From Planctomycetota bacterium (GTDB taxonomy: Bacteria; Planctomycetota; GCA-002687715; CAIWVZ01): a stretch of 64,000 nucleotides of DNA. Of the stretch, positions 1 through 8,877 are shown in pieces. A program made the translations under genes and the position numbers. Numbering within the stretch: position 1 is the stretch's first letter; every line of letters starts with the position of its first letter. The stretch is taken from the NCBI GenBank assembly GCA_044222185.1, contig JBGANV010000001.1, positions 2,144,001 to 2,208,000 on the forward strand. Direction: 5' to 3'. Below the pieces are notes generated by a model. It was not told the DNA's origin. It did not search any database and saw only the letters and a list, made by a program, of their open reading frames with translations.

Positions 1-72
1 GACGACGAGCGCACGAACGGCCGAGGTGCCGTAGTCGATGCCGATCGCGAAGGTGCGGGAATCGGACGTCAT
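1..72 (-). CDS. araB: Ribulokinase / FGGY-family sugar kinase, N-terminus only (runs off window start)
   Basis: Minus strand from 72 reads MTSDSRTFAIGIDYGTSAVRALVV, the FGGY/AraB ATP-binding motif GxDxGT. GGAG lies upstream. It is divergent from arabinofuranosidase genes. Not in the ORF track. Confidence 0.75.
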   Translation of the reverse strand, partial: MTSDSRTFAIGIDYGTSAVRALVV

Positions 73-125
73 GGGACTGCTCCGGGAGGGCAACAGTGTA
101 CGCGCTGATCCGGCTGGCGCTTCTC

Positions 126-684
126 CTCCGGAACGCCGCGTTCCAACGCGGCTGGATCGGCAGGGCTCCAGCCCTGCCGCGATTGGCGGACGGCAGCGCG
201 CAAACGCCGTCGCCGGGCTTCCGTCTTGCCACGCGCGCGCGAGTCCGGAGGCCTCGCGGTCCGGCCAGGCTGGTGCCTGGCGCTCCGGCTCCGGAACGCC
301 GCGTTCCAACGCGGCTGGATCGGCAGGGCTCCAGCCCTGCCGCGATTGGCGGACGGCAGCGCGCAAACGCCGTCGCGCGGCTTTCGTCTTGCCACGTGCT
401 CGCGAGTCCGGAGGCCTCGCGGGCCGGCCAGGCTGGTGCCTGGCGCTCCGGCTCCGGAACGCCGCGTTCCAACGCGGCTGGATCGGCAGGGCTCCAGCCC
501 TGCCGCGATCGACGGACGGCAGCACGCAAACGCCGTCGCCGGGCTTTCGTCTTGCCACGTGCTCGCGAGTCCGGAGGCCTCGCGGTCCGGCCAGGCTGGT
601 GCCTGGCGCTCCGGCTCCGGAACGCCGCGTTCCAACGCGGCTGGATCGGCAGGGCTCCAGCCCTGCCGCGATCGGCGGACGGCA
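126..684. repeat. 163-bp tandem repeat (~3.4 copies) built from REP-like palindromes (REPIN/BIME-like)
   Basis: CTCCGGAACGCCGCGTTCCAAC recurs at 126, 289, 452 and 615. Each unit has several hairpins, e.g. GCCGCGTT-cc-AACGCGGC, CGGCAGGGCT-cc-AGCCCTGCCG and GCCAGGC-tggt-GCCTGGC. Confidence 0.93.
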
Positions 685-811
685 TCGGGTATCCTCCGCG
701 GCTGTGAACGAAGGCGAGATCCAAGCGAGCGCGGTGTGGCTCAGGGCGTCGGGCGCGGATCGCGCCCGGCGGACGACCTTGCGGCCTACGGCGATCGCCC
801 GCCGCGGCAGC

Positions 812-3091
812 GTGCTCGCGCTCGTCGCCATCGTGACGGCGGCAGGGGGACAGACCACGAGCCGGCCGGCGTCGGTGCTGACGGCGTTCGCACCGCAGGA
901 CGTGACGATCACCGGCGGCCCGGCGCTCGCCGCCTTCGACACGAACCTGCGGTACCTGAGATCGCTGGACCCCGACCGCCTGCTCTGGACGTTCCGCAAG
1001 AACGCCGGTCTGCCGACGCCGGGCACGCCCTACGGCGGCTGGGAAGCCCCGGACTGCGAGCTGCGGGGCCACTTCGTCGGGCACTACCTCTCGGCCTGTG
1101 CCCGCGTCATGGCGTCGACGGCGGATCCCGAGATCGCGCGCAACGCGCGACGGGTCGTCGCCGGCCTCGCGGAATGCCAGCGCGCGCTCGGCGGCGGCTA
1201 CCTCTCGGCCTTCCCGTCCGAGTTCCTCGACCGCGTCGAACGACGCCAGGCCGTCTGGGCGCCCTATTACACCATCCACAAGATCCTCGCCGGCCTGGTC
1301 GACATGCGACGGCTCGTCGGCGACGAAGAGGCCCTTCGCGTCGCCGCGGGCCTCGCCGCAGGGATCGCCGCCCGCAGCGTTCACCTCGACGACGACGCAT
1401 TCCAAGCCATGCTCGGAAACGAGTTCGGCGGCATGCACGAGGCGCTGCTCGATCTCTTCGAGTTCACGCATCAGCCCGGTCACCGCATCCTCGCGGAACG
1501 GTTCCAAAAGCGTGCATTCCTCGATCCGCTCGCACGCGGAGAGGATCCGCTCGCCGGGCTCCACGCGAACACGCACCTACCCCAGATCCTCGGTCAGTGC
1601 CGCGCGTACGAACTCTTCGGCACTCCGGCCTGCGGCGACCTGATCCAGCACTTCTGGGCGACGCTCGCGCTGCGGCACAGCTACGTCACCGGCGGATCCA
1701 ACGAGGGCGAGTCCTGGGGCCCGGCCGACAAGCTCGCGAACACCCTCTCCGACGCCAATCAGGAGTTCTGCACGAGCTGGAATTGGCGCCGCATCAACCG
1801 CAGCCTCCTCCTCGCCACCGGCGACGTGAAATACGCCGACATGCTGGAGCGAGTCCTCTTCAATGGACTGTTCGTGAGCCAGCATCCGGAGAGCGGCCAG
1901 TTCATCTACTTCCTCGGACTCCGCGCCGGCAGCACCAAGGTCCACGGTACGCCCACGGAGACCTTCACGTGCTGCTACGGCACGGGACTCGAGGCTTGCA
2001 CGGCGTGGGCCGAAGACGTCTTCGCCCACGAGGGCGATGCCGCCCTGCGAGTCGTCCTTCCCATCGACGCACGCGTGTCGTGGCGGCGCGCCGGCGGCGT
2101 CGTGCAGATCGCCCAGGCGACTGACCCGGTGGATGTGGGACACGTGGTGATCTCCGTGACACCACCTGCGCGCGACACGAACTTCGTGCTGATGCTCCGC
2201 AGGCCCGCGTGGGCGAAGACCGGCGGTGCCATCCGCGTGGGCGCCGATCCGCTCGCCGTCGAGACGAAGGCCGGAAGCTGGATCAGGATCGACCGCGCCT
2301 GGAATCCGGGCGACGTCGTGGACGTCCGATGGGATGCGCCACTGTCCGTCGTCCCGATCAACGACGATCCGAATCTCTGCGCCGTGATGGCCGGGCCGCT
2401 CGTCCTCGCCGGCGTACTCGACGACGGCGACCTTCCCTTCGCCGACGTCCCGCCGCCCCCGCTCACGGGTGACAAGCTCACGCCCAAGCACTGGCTGAAA
2501 CCGATGGAAGGGTCTCCGCGCCGCTGGCGGACGCGCAATCAACCGAAGGATCTGACCTTCATCCCGCTCATGGACGTCGTCGAGCAACGCTACGGCGTCT
2601 ACTGGCGATTCGGCGTGATGGGTGGCTCCAATCAAAAGGCCTACGAGACGGCACTCGCGACGGCCAGGGACCGCGAAGCCCGCACGATCGACCGCGTCCT
2701 GATCGGCGACGAAGCGAGCGAGGCTGCGCACGTCTTCGTGGGGCGGAACTCGCGAACCGGGCGGCACGAGGGCGCACGGTGGCGCGACGCCGGCCCGGGC
2801 GGGGACTTCAGGTTCCGCCTCTCCGTCTCCCCCGATGCGCCGAACTCGCTCGCCGTGAGCTATTGGGGAAGCGACGGGGGCGCCCGGGTCTTCGACATCG
2901 AGGTCGAGGAACGTCGCATCGCGACCGAGAAGCTCGCGAACTCCGCGCCCGGCCGGTTCTTCACGGTCGAGTACCCGATTCCCCCGGGCCTCACGCAGGG
3001 CAAGACTCACGTGACCGTGCGGTTTGCCCCGGCGCCGAACGGCGAGATCGCAGGCGGCGTCTTCGGCCTCGCCTCTCTGCGCCGCAAGTAA
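812..3091 (+). CDS. GH127/GH146-family beta-L-arabinofuranosidase with C-terminal beta-sandwich domain (start uncertain)
   Basis: Motifs ELRGHFVGHYLSA, APYYTIHKI, EFGGM, HANTHLP, EFC and TCCYGTG (Zn/Cys catalytic set). The ORF-track N-terminal extension is only translation of the repeat. GTG at 812 precedes a hydrophobic signal-like stretch. Confidence 0.85.
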   Translation: MLALVAIVTAAGGQTTSRPASVLTAFAPQDVTITGGPALAAFDTNLRYLRSLDPDRLLWTFRKNAGLPTPGTPYGGWEAPDCELRGHFVGHYLSACARVMASTADPEIARNARRVVAGLAECQRALGGGYLSAFPSEFLDRVERRQAVWAPYYTIHKILAGLVDMRRLVGDEEALRVAAGLAAGIAARSVHLDDDAFQAMLGNEFGGMHEALLDLFEFTHQPGHRILAERFQKRAFLDPLARGEDPLAGLHANTHLPQILGQCRAYELFGTPACGDLIQHFWATLALRHSYVTGGSNEGESWGPADKLANTLSDANQEFCTSWNWRRINRSLLLATGDVKYADMLERVLFNGLFVSQHPESGQFIYFLGLRAGSTKVHGTPTETFTCCYGTGLEACTAWAEDVFAHEGDAALRVVLPIDARVSWRRAGGVVQIAQATDPVDVGHVVISVTPPARDTNFVLMLRRPAWAKTGGAIRVGADPLAVETKAGSWIRIDRAWNPGDVVDVRWDAPLSVVPINDDPNLCAVMAGPLVLAGVLDDGDLPFADVPPPPLTGDKLTPKHWLKPMEGSPRRWRTRNQPKDLTFIPLMDVVEQRYGVYWRFGVMGGSNQKAYETALATARDREARTIDRVLIGDEASEAAHVFVGRNSRTGRHEGARWRDAGPGGDFRFRLSVSPDAPNSLAVSYWGSDGGARVFDIEVEERRIATEKLANSAPGRFFTVEYPIPPGLTQGKTHVTVRFAPAPNGEIAGGVFGLASLRRK

Positions 3092-3135
3092 GATCGCGGC
3101 CGGCCGACGACCTCGCGTCGGCGGACTTCATCACG

Positions 3136-6100
3136 ATGCTCAACCCTCTCATCCGCTGCGTCTTCGTCGTCGTCCTGTGTGCCTCGGCCCTCGTGGCGCA
3201 GTCGACGGAGTCGCGGCCCTCGCGCCTGGACCCCGTTCCGTTCACTCACGTCTCCGTCGCCGACGCGTTCTGGTCCCCGCGACTCACGACGAACCGGACG
3301 GTCACCATCCCCTACGCCATGAAGATGTGCGAGGAGACGGGGCGCGTGGCGAACTTCGAGGCGGCGGCGAAGCACGCGGGCACGATGCGGGGGCTCTACT
3401 TCAACGATTCAGACGTGTACAAGGTGCTCGAGGGCGCAGCCTACGCGCTCGCCGTCGAACGCGACGCCGCGCTCGAATCTCGCTGCGACGAGATCATCGC
3501 GAAGATCGCCGCGGCCCAAGAACCCGACGGCTACCTCTACACGCCCCGGCAGATCCTCGACCGCAAGAACATGCCGCCGGGCGGCAAGGAGCGCTGGTCC
3601 GACATGGGCGGCGGCCACGAGCTGTACTGCCTGGGCCACCTGTACGAAGCGGCCGTCGCGTACTCGGATGCCACGGGCAAGAACGCCCTCCTCGACGTCG
3701 CGACGAAAAGCGCGAACCTCATCGTCGGCGTGTTCGGACCGGGCCGGAACACCCACCCCTGCGGCCATCCGGAGATCGAGATCGGCCTCGTCAAGCTGTT
3801 CCGCAAGACCCGCGATCAGCGCTACCTCGACCTCGCGAAGTTCTTCATCGACGCCCGAGGGCACGCCGACGGACGCGAGCTCTACGGCGAGTACGCGCAG
3901 GACCACCTGCCGTTGCTCGAACAAAAAACCGCCGTCGGCCATGCCGTCCGCGCCGCATACCTCTTCGCCGGCATCGCCGACGTGGCGGGGCTCACGGGCG
4001 AGCCGTCCTACCTCGTGGCCATCGATCGTCTGTGGCGCGACGTCGTGGGAACCAAGCTCTACCTCACCGGCGGGATCGGCAGTCAGGGCAACAACGAGGG
4101 ATTCGGTGCACCGTTCGACCTCCCGAACTCGAGTGCTTACGCGGAGACGTGCGCGGCCATCGCCAACGCCCTGTGGAATCACCGCCTCTTCCTCGCGTTC
4201 GGGGATGCGCGCTACGTCGACGTGCTCGAGCGCGTGATCTACAACGGATTCCTCTCCGGCTGGTCGTCGAAGGGCGATCGCTTCTTCTATCCCAACCCGC
4301 TGGAATCGGCGCACGGGCGGGAGCGATCACCGTGGTTCGACTGCTCGTGCTGTCCTTCGAACGTCGTGCGCTTCGTGCCCTCGATCCCGGGTTTCGCCTA
4401 CGCCACGTCGGGCGACGGCGTTCACGTCAACCTGTACCTGGGCGGGGCGGCCCGCGTCCGCGTCGCGGATCACCCGGTGACGCTGACGCAGGAGACCAAC
4501 TACCCGTGGGATGGGCGCGTGAAGATCCGCGTCGACCCGAAGGAGCCAACCGCATTCAAGCTCCGGCTTCGCATCCCTGGGTGGGCGCGCGGTGAAGTCT
4601 TCGCGAGCGACCTCTACACGTTCGCCGATGTGACGGACGCGCGCGCGACGATCGCCGTCGATGGTGTGGCCGAGCCGATCACGCTCGATCGCGGCTACGC
4701 GGTGCTCGAACGCCAGTGGAAGGCCGGCGACGTCGTGGAGTTGGATCTGCCCATGCCGGTCCGTCGCGTGATCGCCAACGCATCCGTCCGCGCCGATCAG
4801 GAACGAACGGCCTTCATGCGAGGGCCGATCGTCTACTGTTTCGAGGGGCATGACCAGCCCGATGGCCGCGTGCTCGATCGCGTCGCGACGGACACGGCAT
4901 TCAAACCGGTGGCGCGTCCAGGGCTGCTCGGGGGCGTCACCGTCCTCGAAGGTCGCCTCACGAGGTCACGGCGAACGCTCGCTGGCTCGATCGAGGGTGG
5001 CGAATCCGTCGAGGCCACGGCCATCCCCTATTTCGCGTGGGCCAACCGGGGCCGATCGCCCATGAGCGTCTGGGTCGCGCGTGCGCCCGCAGCCGCGCGC
5101 CCAGACGGCGCCCCCACGCTCGCGAAGCGCTCGAGGGCGACATCCTCCTTCGGCGGTGAGTTGGCCGCACTCGCAGATCAGTTCGAGCCGGCGTCGTCCG
5201 GCGACCACGCCAACCCGTTCCTCCACTGGTGGCCCCGGCTCGGGACGAAAGAGTGGATCCAATACGACTTTCCCGGACCGACGCGCGTGCACGGCGTCGA
5301 GGTGTATTGGTTCGACGACACGGGCCGTGGCGCCTGCCGGCTGCCCAAGTCGTGGCGCCTGCTCGCCAACGTGGCCGGTACGTGGCGCGAGGTCGACCAC
5401 CCGTCGGCCTTCGACACGCGGGGTGACACGTACAACCGCTGCACGTTCGACCCGTTGACGACGCTCGGCCTCCGGATCGAAGTCCAATCTGTCGCCGAAT
5501 TCGCTGGCGGCGTCCACGAGTGGCGGGTCCTGGAAGCTCCTCTCGCCGAGCCCCCATCCGCGCCGCAGGACGCCGGGGAGAATCTCCTTCCAAACGGATC
5601 CTTCGAGCGCGCCAGCGGCGGCCGGGCCGATGCATGGGCGACGGCTTCGTGGAACGGTCAAGCCACGTTCACGGCCGATGAGCCGGGTCGGAACGGCGGT
5701 CGGAGCGTCGCCATCACATCCGACGCCGGGGCCGACGTCGCGTGGGGCTGCACCGTGCCCGTGTCTCCCGGCTCGCGGTATCGACTCTCGGGGTGGATTC
5801 GCACAGAAGACGTGACGACGAAACGCGGAGGTCGCGGCGCGCTCTTCAACCTTCACGACCTGCAACCGATCCAGACCGCACCGGTCCTCGGGACGACCGA
5901 TTGGACCCGCGTCGAAGTCGAGTTCGAAACGGAAGACGTGGACGCAGTGACGGTGAACGCGCTGTTTGGCGGCTGGGGCCAGGCGACCGGCAAGGCCTGG
6001 TTCGACGACGTGTCGCTGACACTCGTTCGGAGGGCCGCGCCGCAGCCGCCGTCGATCACGATCCACGCCGACCAGCGCCTCGAACCGCTCTCGAAGTACG

Positions 6101-7857
6101 TCTACGGACAGTTCATCGAACACCTGGGCCGTTGCATCTATGGCGGAATCTGGGCCGAGATGCTCCAGGACCGCAAGTTCTTCGACGCCATCGGATCGCC
6201 GGGATCGGCATGGCGCATCGTGGGCCCGCCTGGCGCCGTACGCATGACGACGGACCGCCCGTTCGTGGGCGAGCACTCCCCAGAGGTCGTGCTGACGCAT
6301 GGCATCGGCGTCGGGATCGAACAGACGGGCCTCACGACGGAGGAGCGAGCGCGATACGTCGGCCACGTGTGGCTCGCAGGCGACGCGGCCGCCGGCCCCG
6401 TGGAGATCACGCTCGTCACGGCGGATTCCGGCTCGGTGCAGGCACGAGCCCTCATCCCGACGGTCGGGCCCGAGTTCCTACGCACGGACTTCGAGTTCGA
6501 AGCCACGTCGTCCGGGTCCGCAAGCCTCCGGATCGTCGGCCGCGGGAAGGGCTCGTTCCGGATCGGCACCGCGAGCCTCATGCCAGCCTCCAACGTGAAG
6601 GGCATGCGACGCGATACGTTGCGCCTCCTTCGGGACCTCGACGCGCCCGTCTACCGCTGGCCGGGCGGCAACTTCGTTTCGGGTTACGACTGGCGCGACG
6701 GCGTCGGCGATCGAGACCGGCGTCCGCCGCGCAAGAATCCCGCGTGGTCGGGGATCGAGCACGACGACTTCGGGATCGACGAGTTCATGATCCTCTGCCA
6801 GGAGCTCGGAACCGAGCCCTACGTCGTCGTGAACACCGGGCTCGGGTCCATCGAGAGCGCCGTCGCCGAGCTCGAGTACATGAATGGCTCCGCCGACTCG
6901 CCGCACGGGAAGCTGCGCGCACGAAACGGACATCCGACACCCTACGCCGTCAAGTGGATCGGGGTCGGCAACGAGATGTTCGGCTCCTGGCAACTGGGCA
7001 ACATCCCGCTCGCGGAATACACGAAACGTCACAACGCCTTCGTCGATGCCCTGCGTGCGAAGGATCCGTCGATCAAGGTCATCGGCGTCGGCGCCGCGGG
7101 CGAATGGAGCGAGCGGATGCTGACCGACTGTCAGGATCGACTCGACCTCCTCTCCGAGCACGTCTACTGGCAGGAACGCGCCGGGCTGCGCGCACACGTG
7201 GGGCAGCCCGCTCGCACGCTCGGTGAGATCGCGGCAGCCCACCGCGACTACCGCCGTCGCGTGCCGGGCCTCGCCGCCCGTGACATCCGCCTCGTTCAGG
7301 ATGAATGGAACTACTGGTACGGGCCGCACGTCTTCGGTGAACTCGGCACGCGCTACTTCCAGAAGGACGCTCTCGGCTGCGCCGCCGCGCTCAACACGTT
7401 CGCGAGGAACTCGGACCTGTTCTTCATGGCGAACTACGCGCAGACGGTGAACGTGATCGGTGCGGTGAAGACGAGCGCTACGCGCGCCGCGATGGAGACG
7501 ACCGGGCTCGTCCTCCAGATGTACCGCGAGCGGTTCGGCGTGGTTCCGTGCGCGACGGACGCGACCGTGGGACTCGACGCCGTGGCGGCGTTCACGGCCG
7601 ACGGCCGCGCCCTCACGATCGCCATGGTGAACGCATCGAATGCTGCGGTGGTCGTTCCGTTCGTGCTGAAGGGAACCTCGATCGACCCGGTCGGCGACAC
7701 GTGGTTCATCGCTGCCTCTCCGGATGCGTACAACGACCCGGATCAGGCGGCCCCATCCGTCCGGATCCAGACGGCGAAAACCGGCGACGTGCTCGCAGAA
7801 CACGGCCTCCGCCTCGCGCCTTGCAGCGTTACGATGGCCCGCTTCACGGTCCGATGA
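3136..7857 (+). CDS. Secreted multidomain glycosidase: GH127 beta-L-arabinofuranosidase + discoidin-like + CBM4_9-like + GH51 alpha-L-arabinofuranosidase
   Basis: Signal peptide MLNPLIRCVFVVVLCASALVA. GH127 motifs DSDVYK, HELYC, GHAVRA, YAETCA, CSCCPSN. NLLPNGSFE CBM start. GH51 motifs YGQFIEH, RWPGGNF, GNE, DEWN. Confidence 0.9.
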   Translation: MLNPLIRCVFVVVLCASALVAQSTESRPSRLDPVPFTHVSVADAFWSPRLTTNRTVTIPYAMKMCEETGRVANFEAAAKHAGTMRGLYFNDSDVYKVLEGAAYALAVERDAALESRCDEIIAKIAAAQEPDGYLYTPRQILDRKNMPPGGKERWSDMGGGHELYCLGHLYEAAVAYSDATGKNALLDVATKSANLIVGVFGPGRNTHPCGHPEIEIGLVKLFRKTRDQRYLDLAKFFIDARGHADGRELYGEYAQDHLPLLEQKTAVGHAVRAAYLFAGIADVAGLTGEPSYLVAIDRLWRDVVGTKLYLTGGIGSQGNNEGFGAPFDLPNSSAYAETCAAIANALWNHRLFLAFGDARYVDVLERVIYNGFLSGWSSKGDRFFYPNPLESAHGRERSPWFDCSCCPSNVVRFVPSIPGFAYATSGDGVHVNLYLGGAARVRVADHPVTLTQETNYPWDGRVKIRVDPKEPTAFKLRLRIPGWARGEVFASDLYTFADVTDARATIAVDGVAEPITLDRGYAVLERQWKAGDVVELDLPMPVRRVIANASVRADQERTAFMRGPIVYCFEGHDQPDGRVLDRVATDTAFKPVARPGLLGGVTVLEGRLTRSRRTLAGSIEGGESVEATAIPYFAWANRGRSPMSVWVARAPAAARPDGAPTLAKRSRATSSFGGELAALADQFEPASSGDHANPFLHWWPRLGTKEWIQYDFPGPTRVHGVEVYWFDDTGRGACRLPKSWRLLANVAGTWREVDHPSAFDTRGDTYNRCTFDPLTTLGLRIEVQSVAEFAGGVHEWRVLEAPLAEPPSAPQDAGENLLPNGSFERASGGRADAWATASWNGQATFTADEPGRNGGRSVAITSDAGADVAWGCTVPVSPGSRYRLSGWIRTEDVTTKRGGRGALFNLHDLQPIQTAPVLGTTDWTRVEVEFETEDVDAVTVNALFGGWGQATGKAWFDDVSLTLVRRAAPQPPSITIHADQRLEPLSKYVYGQFIEHLGRCIYGGIWAEMLQDRKFFDAIGSPGSAWRIVGPPGAVRMTTDRPFVGEHSPEVVLTHGIGVGIEQTGLTTEERARYVGHVWLAGDAAAGPVEITLVTADSGSVQARALIPTVGPEFLRTDFEFEATSSGSASLRIVGRGKGSFRIGTASLMPASNVKGMRRDTLRLLRDLDAPVYRWPGGNFVSGYDWRDGVGDRDRRPPRKNPAWSGIEHDDFGIDEFMILCQELGTEPYVVVNTGLGSIESAVAELEYMNGSADSPHGKLRARNGHPTPYAVKWIGVGNEMFGSWQLGNIPLAEYTKRHNAFVDALRAKDPSIKVIGVGAAGEWSERMLTDCQDRLDLLSEHVYWQERAGLRAHVGQPARTLGEIAAAHRDYRRRVPGLAARDIRLVQDEWNYWYGPHVFGELGTRYFQKDALGCAAALNTFARNSDLFFMANYAQTVNVIGAVKTSATRAAMETTGLVLQMYRERFGVVPCATDATVGLDAVAAFTADGRALTIAMVNASNAAVVVPFVLKGTSIDPVGDTWFIAASPDAYNDPDQAAPSVRIQTAKTGDVLAEHGLRLAPCSVTMARFTVR

Positions 7858-7886
7858 TGCCGACCTCCCGCGCAACGGAGAAACTC

Positions 7887-8876
7887 ATGCCCGACAGCCA
7901 CCGCACGGCGTCCGCCCTTCCCTGGATCCTGCTCGTCCTCTGCATGGGGCTGACCGCATGCTCGAAGGATCCGGGAACGAAAGAGGGCGGCGGAGGCGGT
8001 GCCCCGTTCCGCGTCGGGTTCGCCCAGATCGGGGCCGAGAGCGACTGGCGCCGCGCCAACACGGAGTCGATCCAGGCGGAAGCTTCGAAACGCGGGATCA
8101 AGCTCGAGTTCTCCGACGCACAGCAGAAGCAGGAGAACCAGATCAAGGCGCTTCGGAGCTTCATCGCGAACGGCGTCGACGTGATCGCATTCTCGCCGTG
8201 CAAAGAGACGGGGTTCGAGCCCGTGCTCCGCGAGATCAAGCAGGCCGGCATTCCGGTGATCCTGACTGATCGCGCCGTCGACGTGTCGGATCCGTCCCTG
8301 TTCGTGACTTTCATCGGTGCGGACTTCGTCGAAGAAGGACGACAGGCCGCGCGTTGGCTGATCCAGGCCACGGGTGGCAAGGCCACGATCGCCGAGCTTC
8401 AGGGAAGCCCCGGGTCGGCACCGGCCATCGATCGGAAGAAGGGGTTCGAGGAAGCCATCGCCAAGGCCCCGGGGATGAAGATCGTCAAATCACAATCCGG
8501 CGAATTCACGCGGAGCAAGGGCAAGGAAGTGATGGAGTCCTTCCTGAAGTCCGACGGCGGGCGCGACATCACGGCGTTGTTCGCGCACAACGACGACATG
8601 GCGATCGGTGCCATCCAGGCGATCGAAGAAGCCGGACGCAAGCCGGGGCAGGACATCCGCATCGTGTCGATCGACGCTGTCCGCGCGGCGTTCGACGCGA
8701 TGATCGCCGGGAAGCTCGACTGCACCGTCGAGTGCAATCCGCTCCTTGGGCCAGCGCTCTTCGACGCGGTCGAAGCCGTGCGGGCGAAGAAGCCCGTCTC
8801 GCGGCGCGTCGTCACGCCGGCGGTCGTCTTCGAGAAGGCGGGCGCCGCCGAGGCGATCAAGTCGCGCAAGTACTGA
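7887..8876 (+). CDS. Sugar ABC transporter substrate-binding lipoprotein (YtfQ-like, galactofuranose/arabinose)
   Basis: Lipobox LTAC. VGFAQIGAESDWRRANT, DAQQKQENQI, HNDDMAIGA and VECNPLLGP are typical of YtfQ. GGAG RBS. Confidence 0.88.
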   Translation: MPDSHRTASALPWILLVLCMGLTACSKDPGTKEGGGGGAPFRVGFAQIGAESDWRRANTESIQAEASKRGIKLEFSDAQQKQENQIKALRSFIANGVDVIAFSPCKETGFEPVLREIKQAGIPVILTDRAVDVSDPSLFVTFIGADFVEEGRQAARWLIQATGGKATIAELQGSPGSAPAIDRKKGFEEAIAKAPGMKIVKSQSGEFTRSKGKEVMESFLKSDGGRDITALFAHNDDMAIGAIQAIEEAGRKPGQDIRIVSIDAVRAAFDAMIAGKLDCTVECNPLLGPALFDAVEAVRAKKPVSRRVVTPAVVFEKAGAAEAIKSRKY

Positions 8877-8877
8877 C

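Noticed and set aside
126-684. CRISPR array
   Set aside because: Whole 163-bp units are repeated with no unique spacers, and there is no cas operon.
38-811. N-terminal extension of the 1017-aa ORF and overlapping ORFs 69-635 and 96-707
   Set aside because: These are translations of a non-triplet repeat that also overlap the divergent kinase start.
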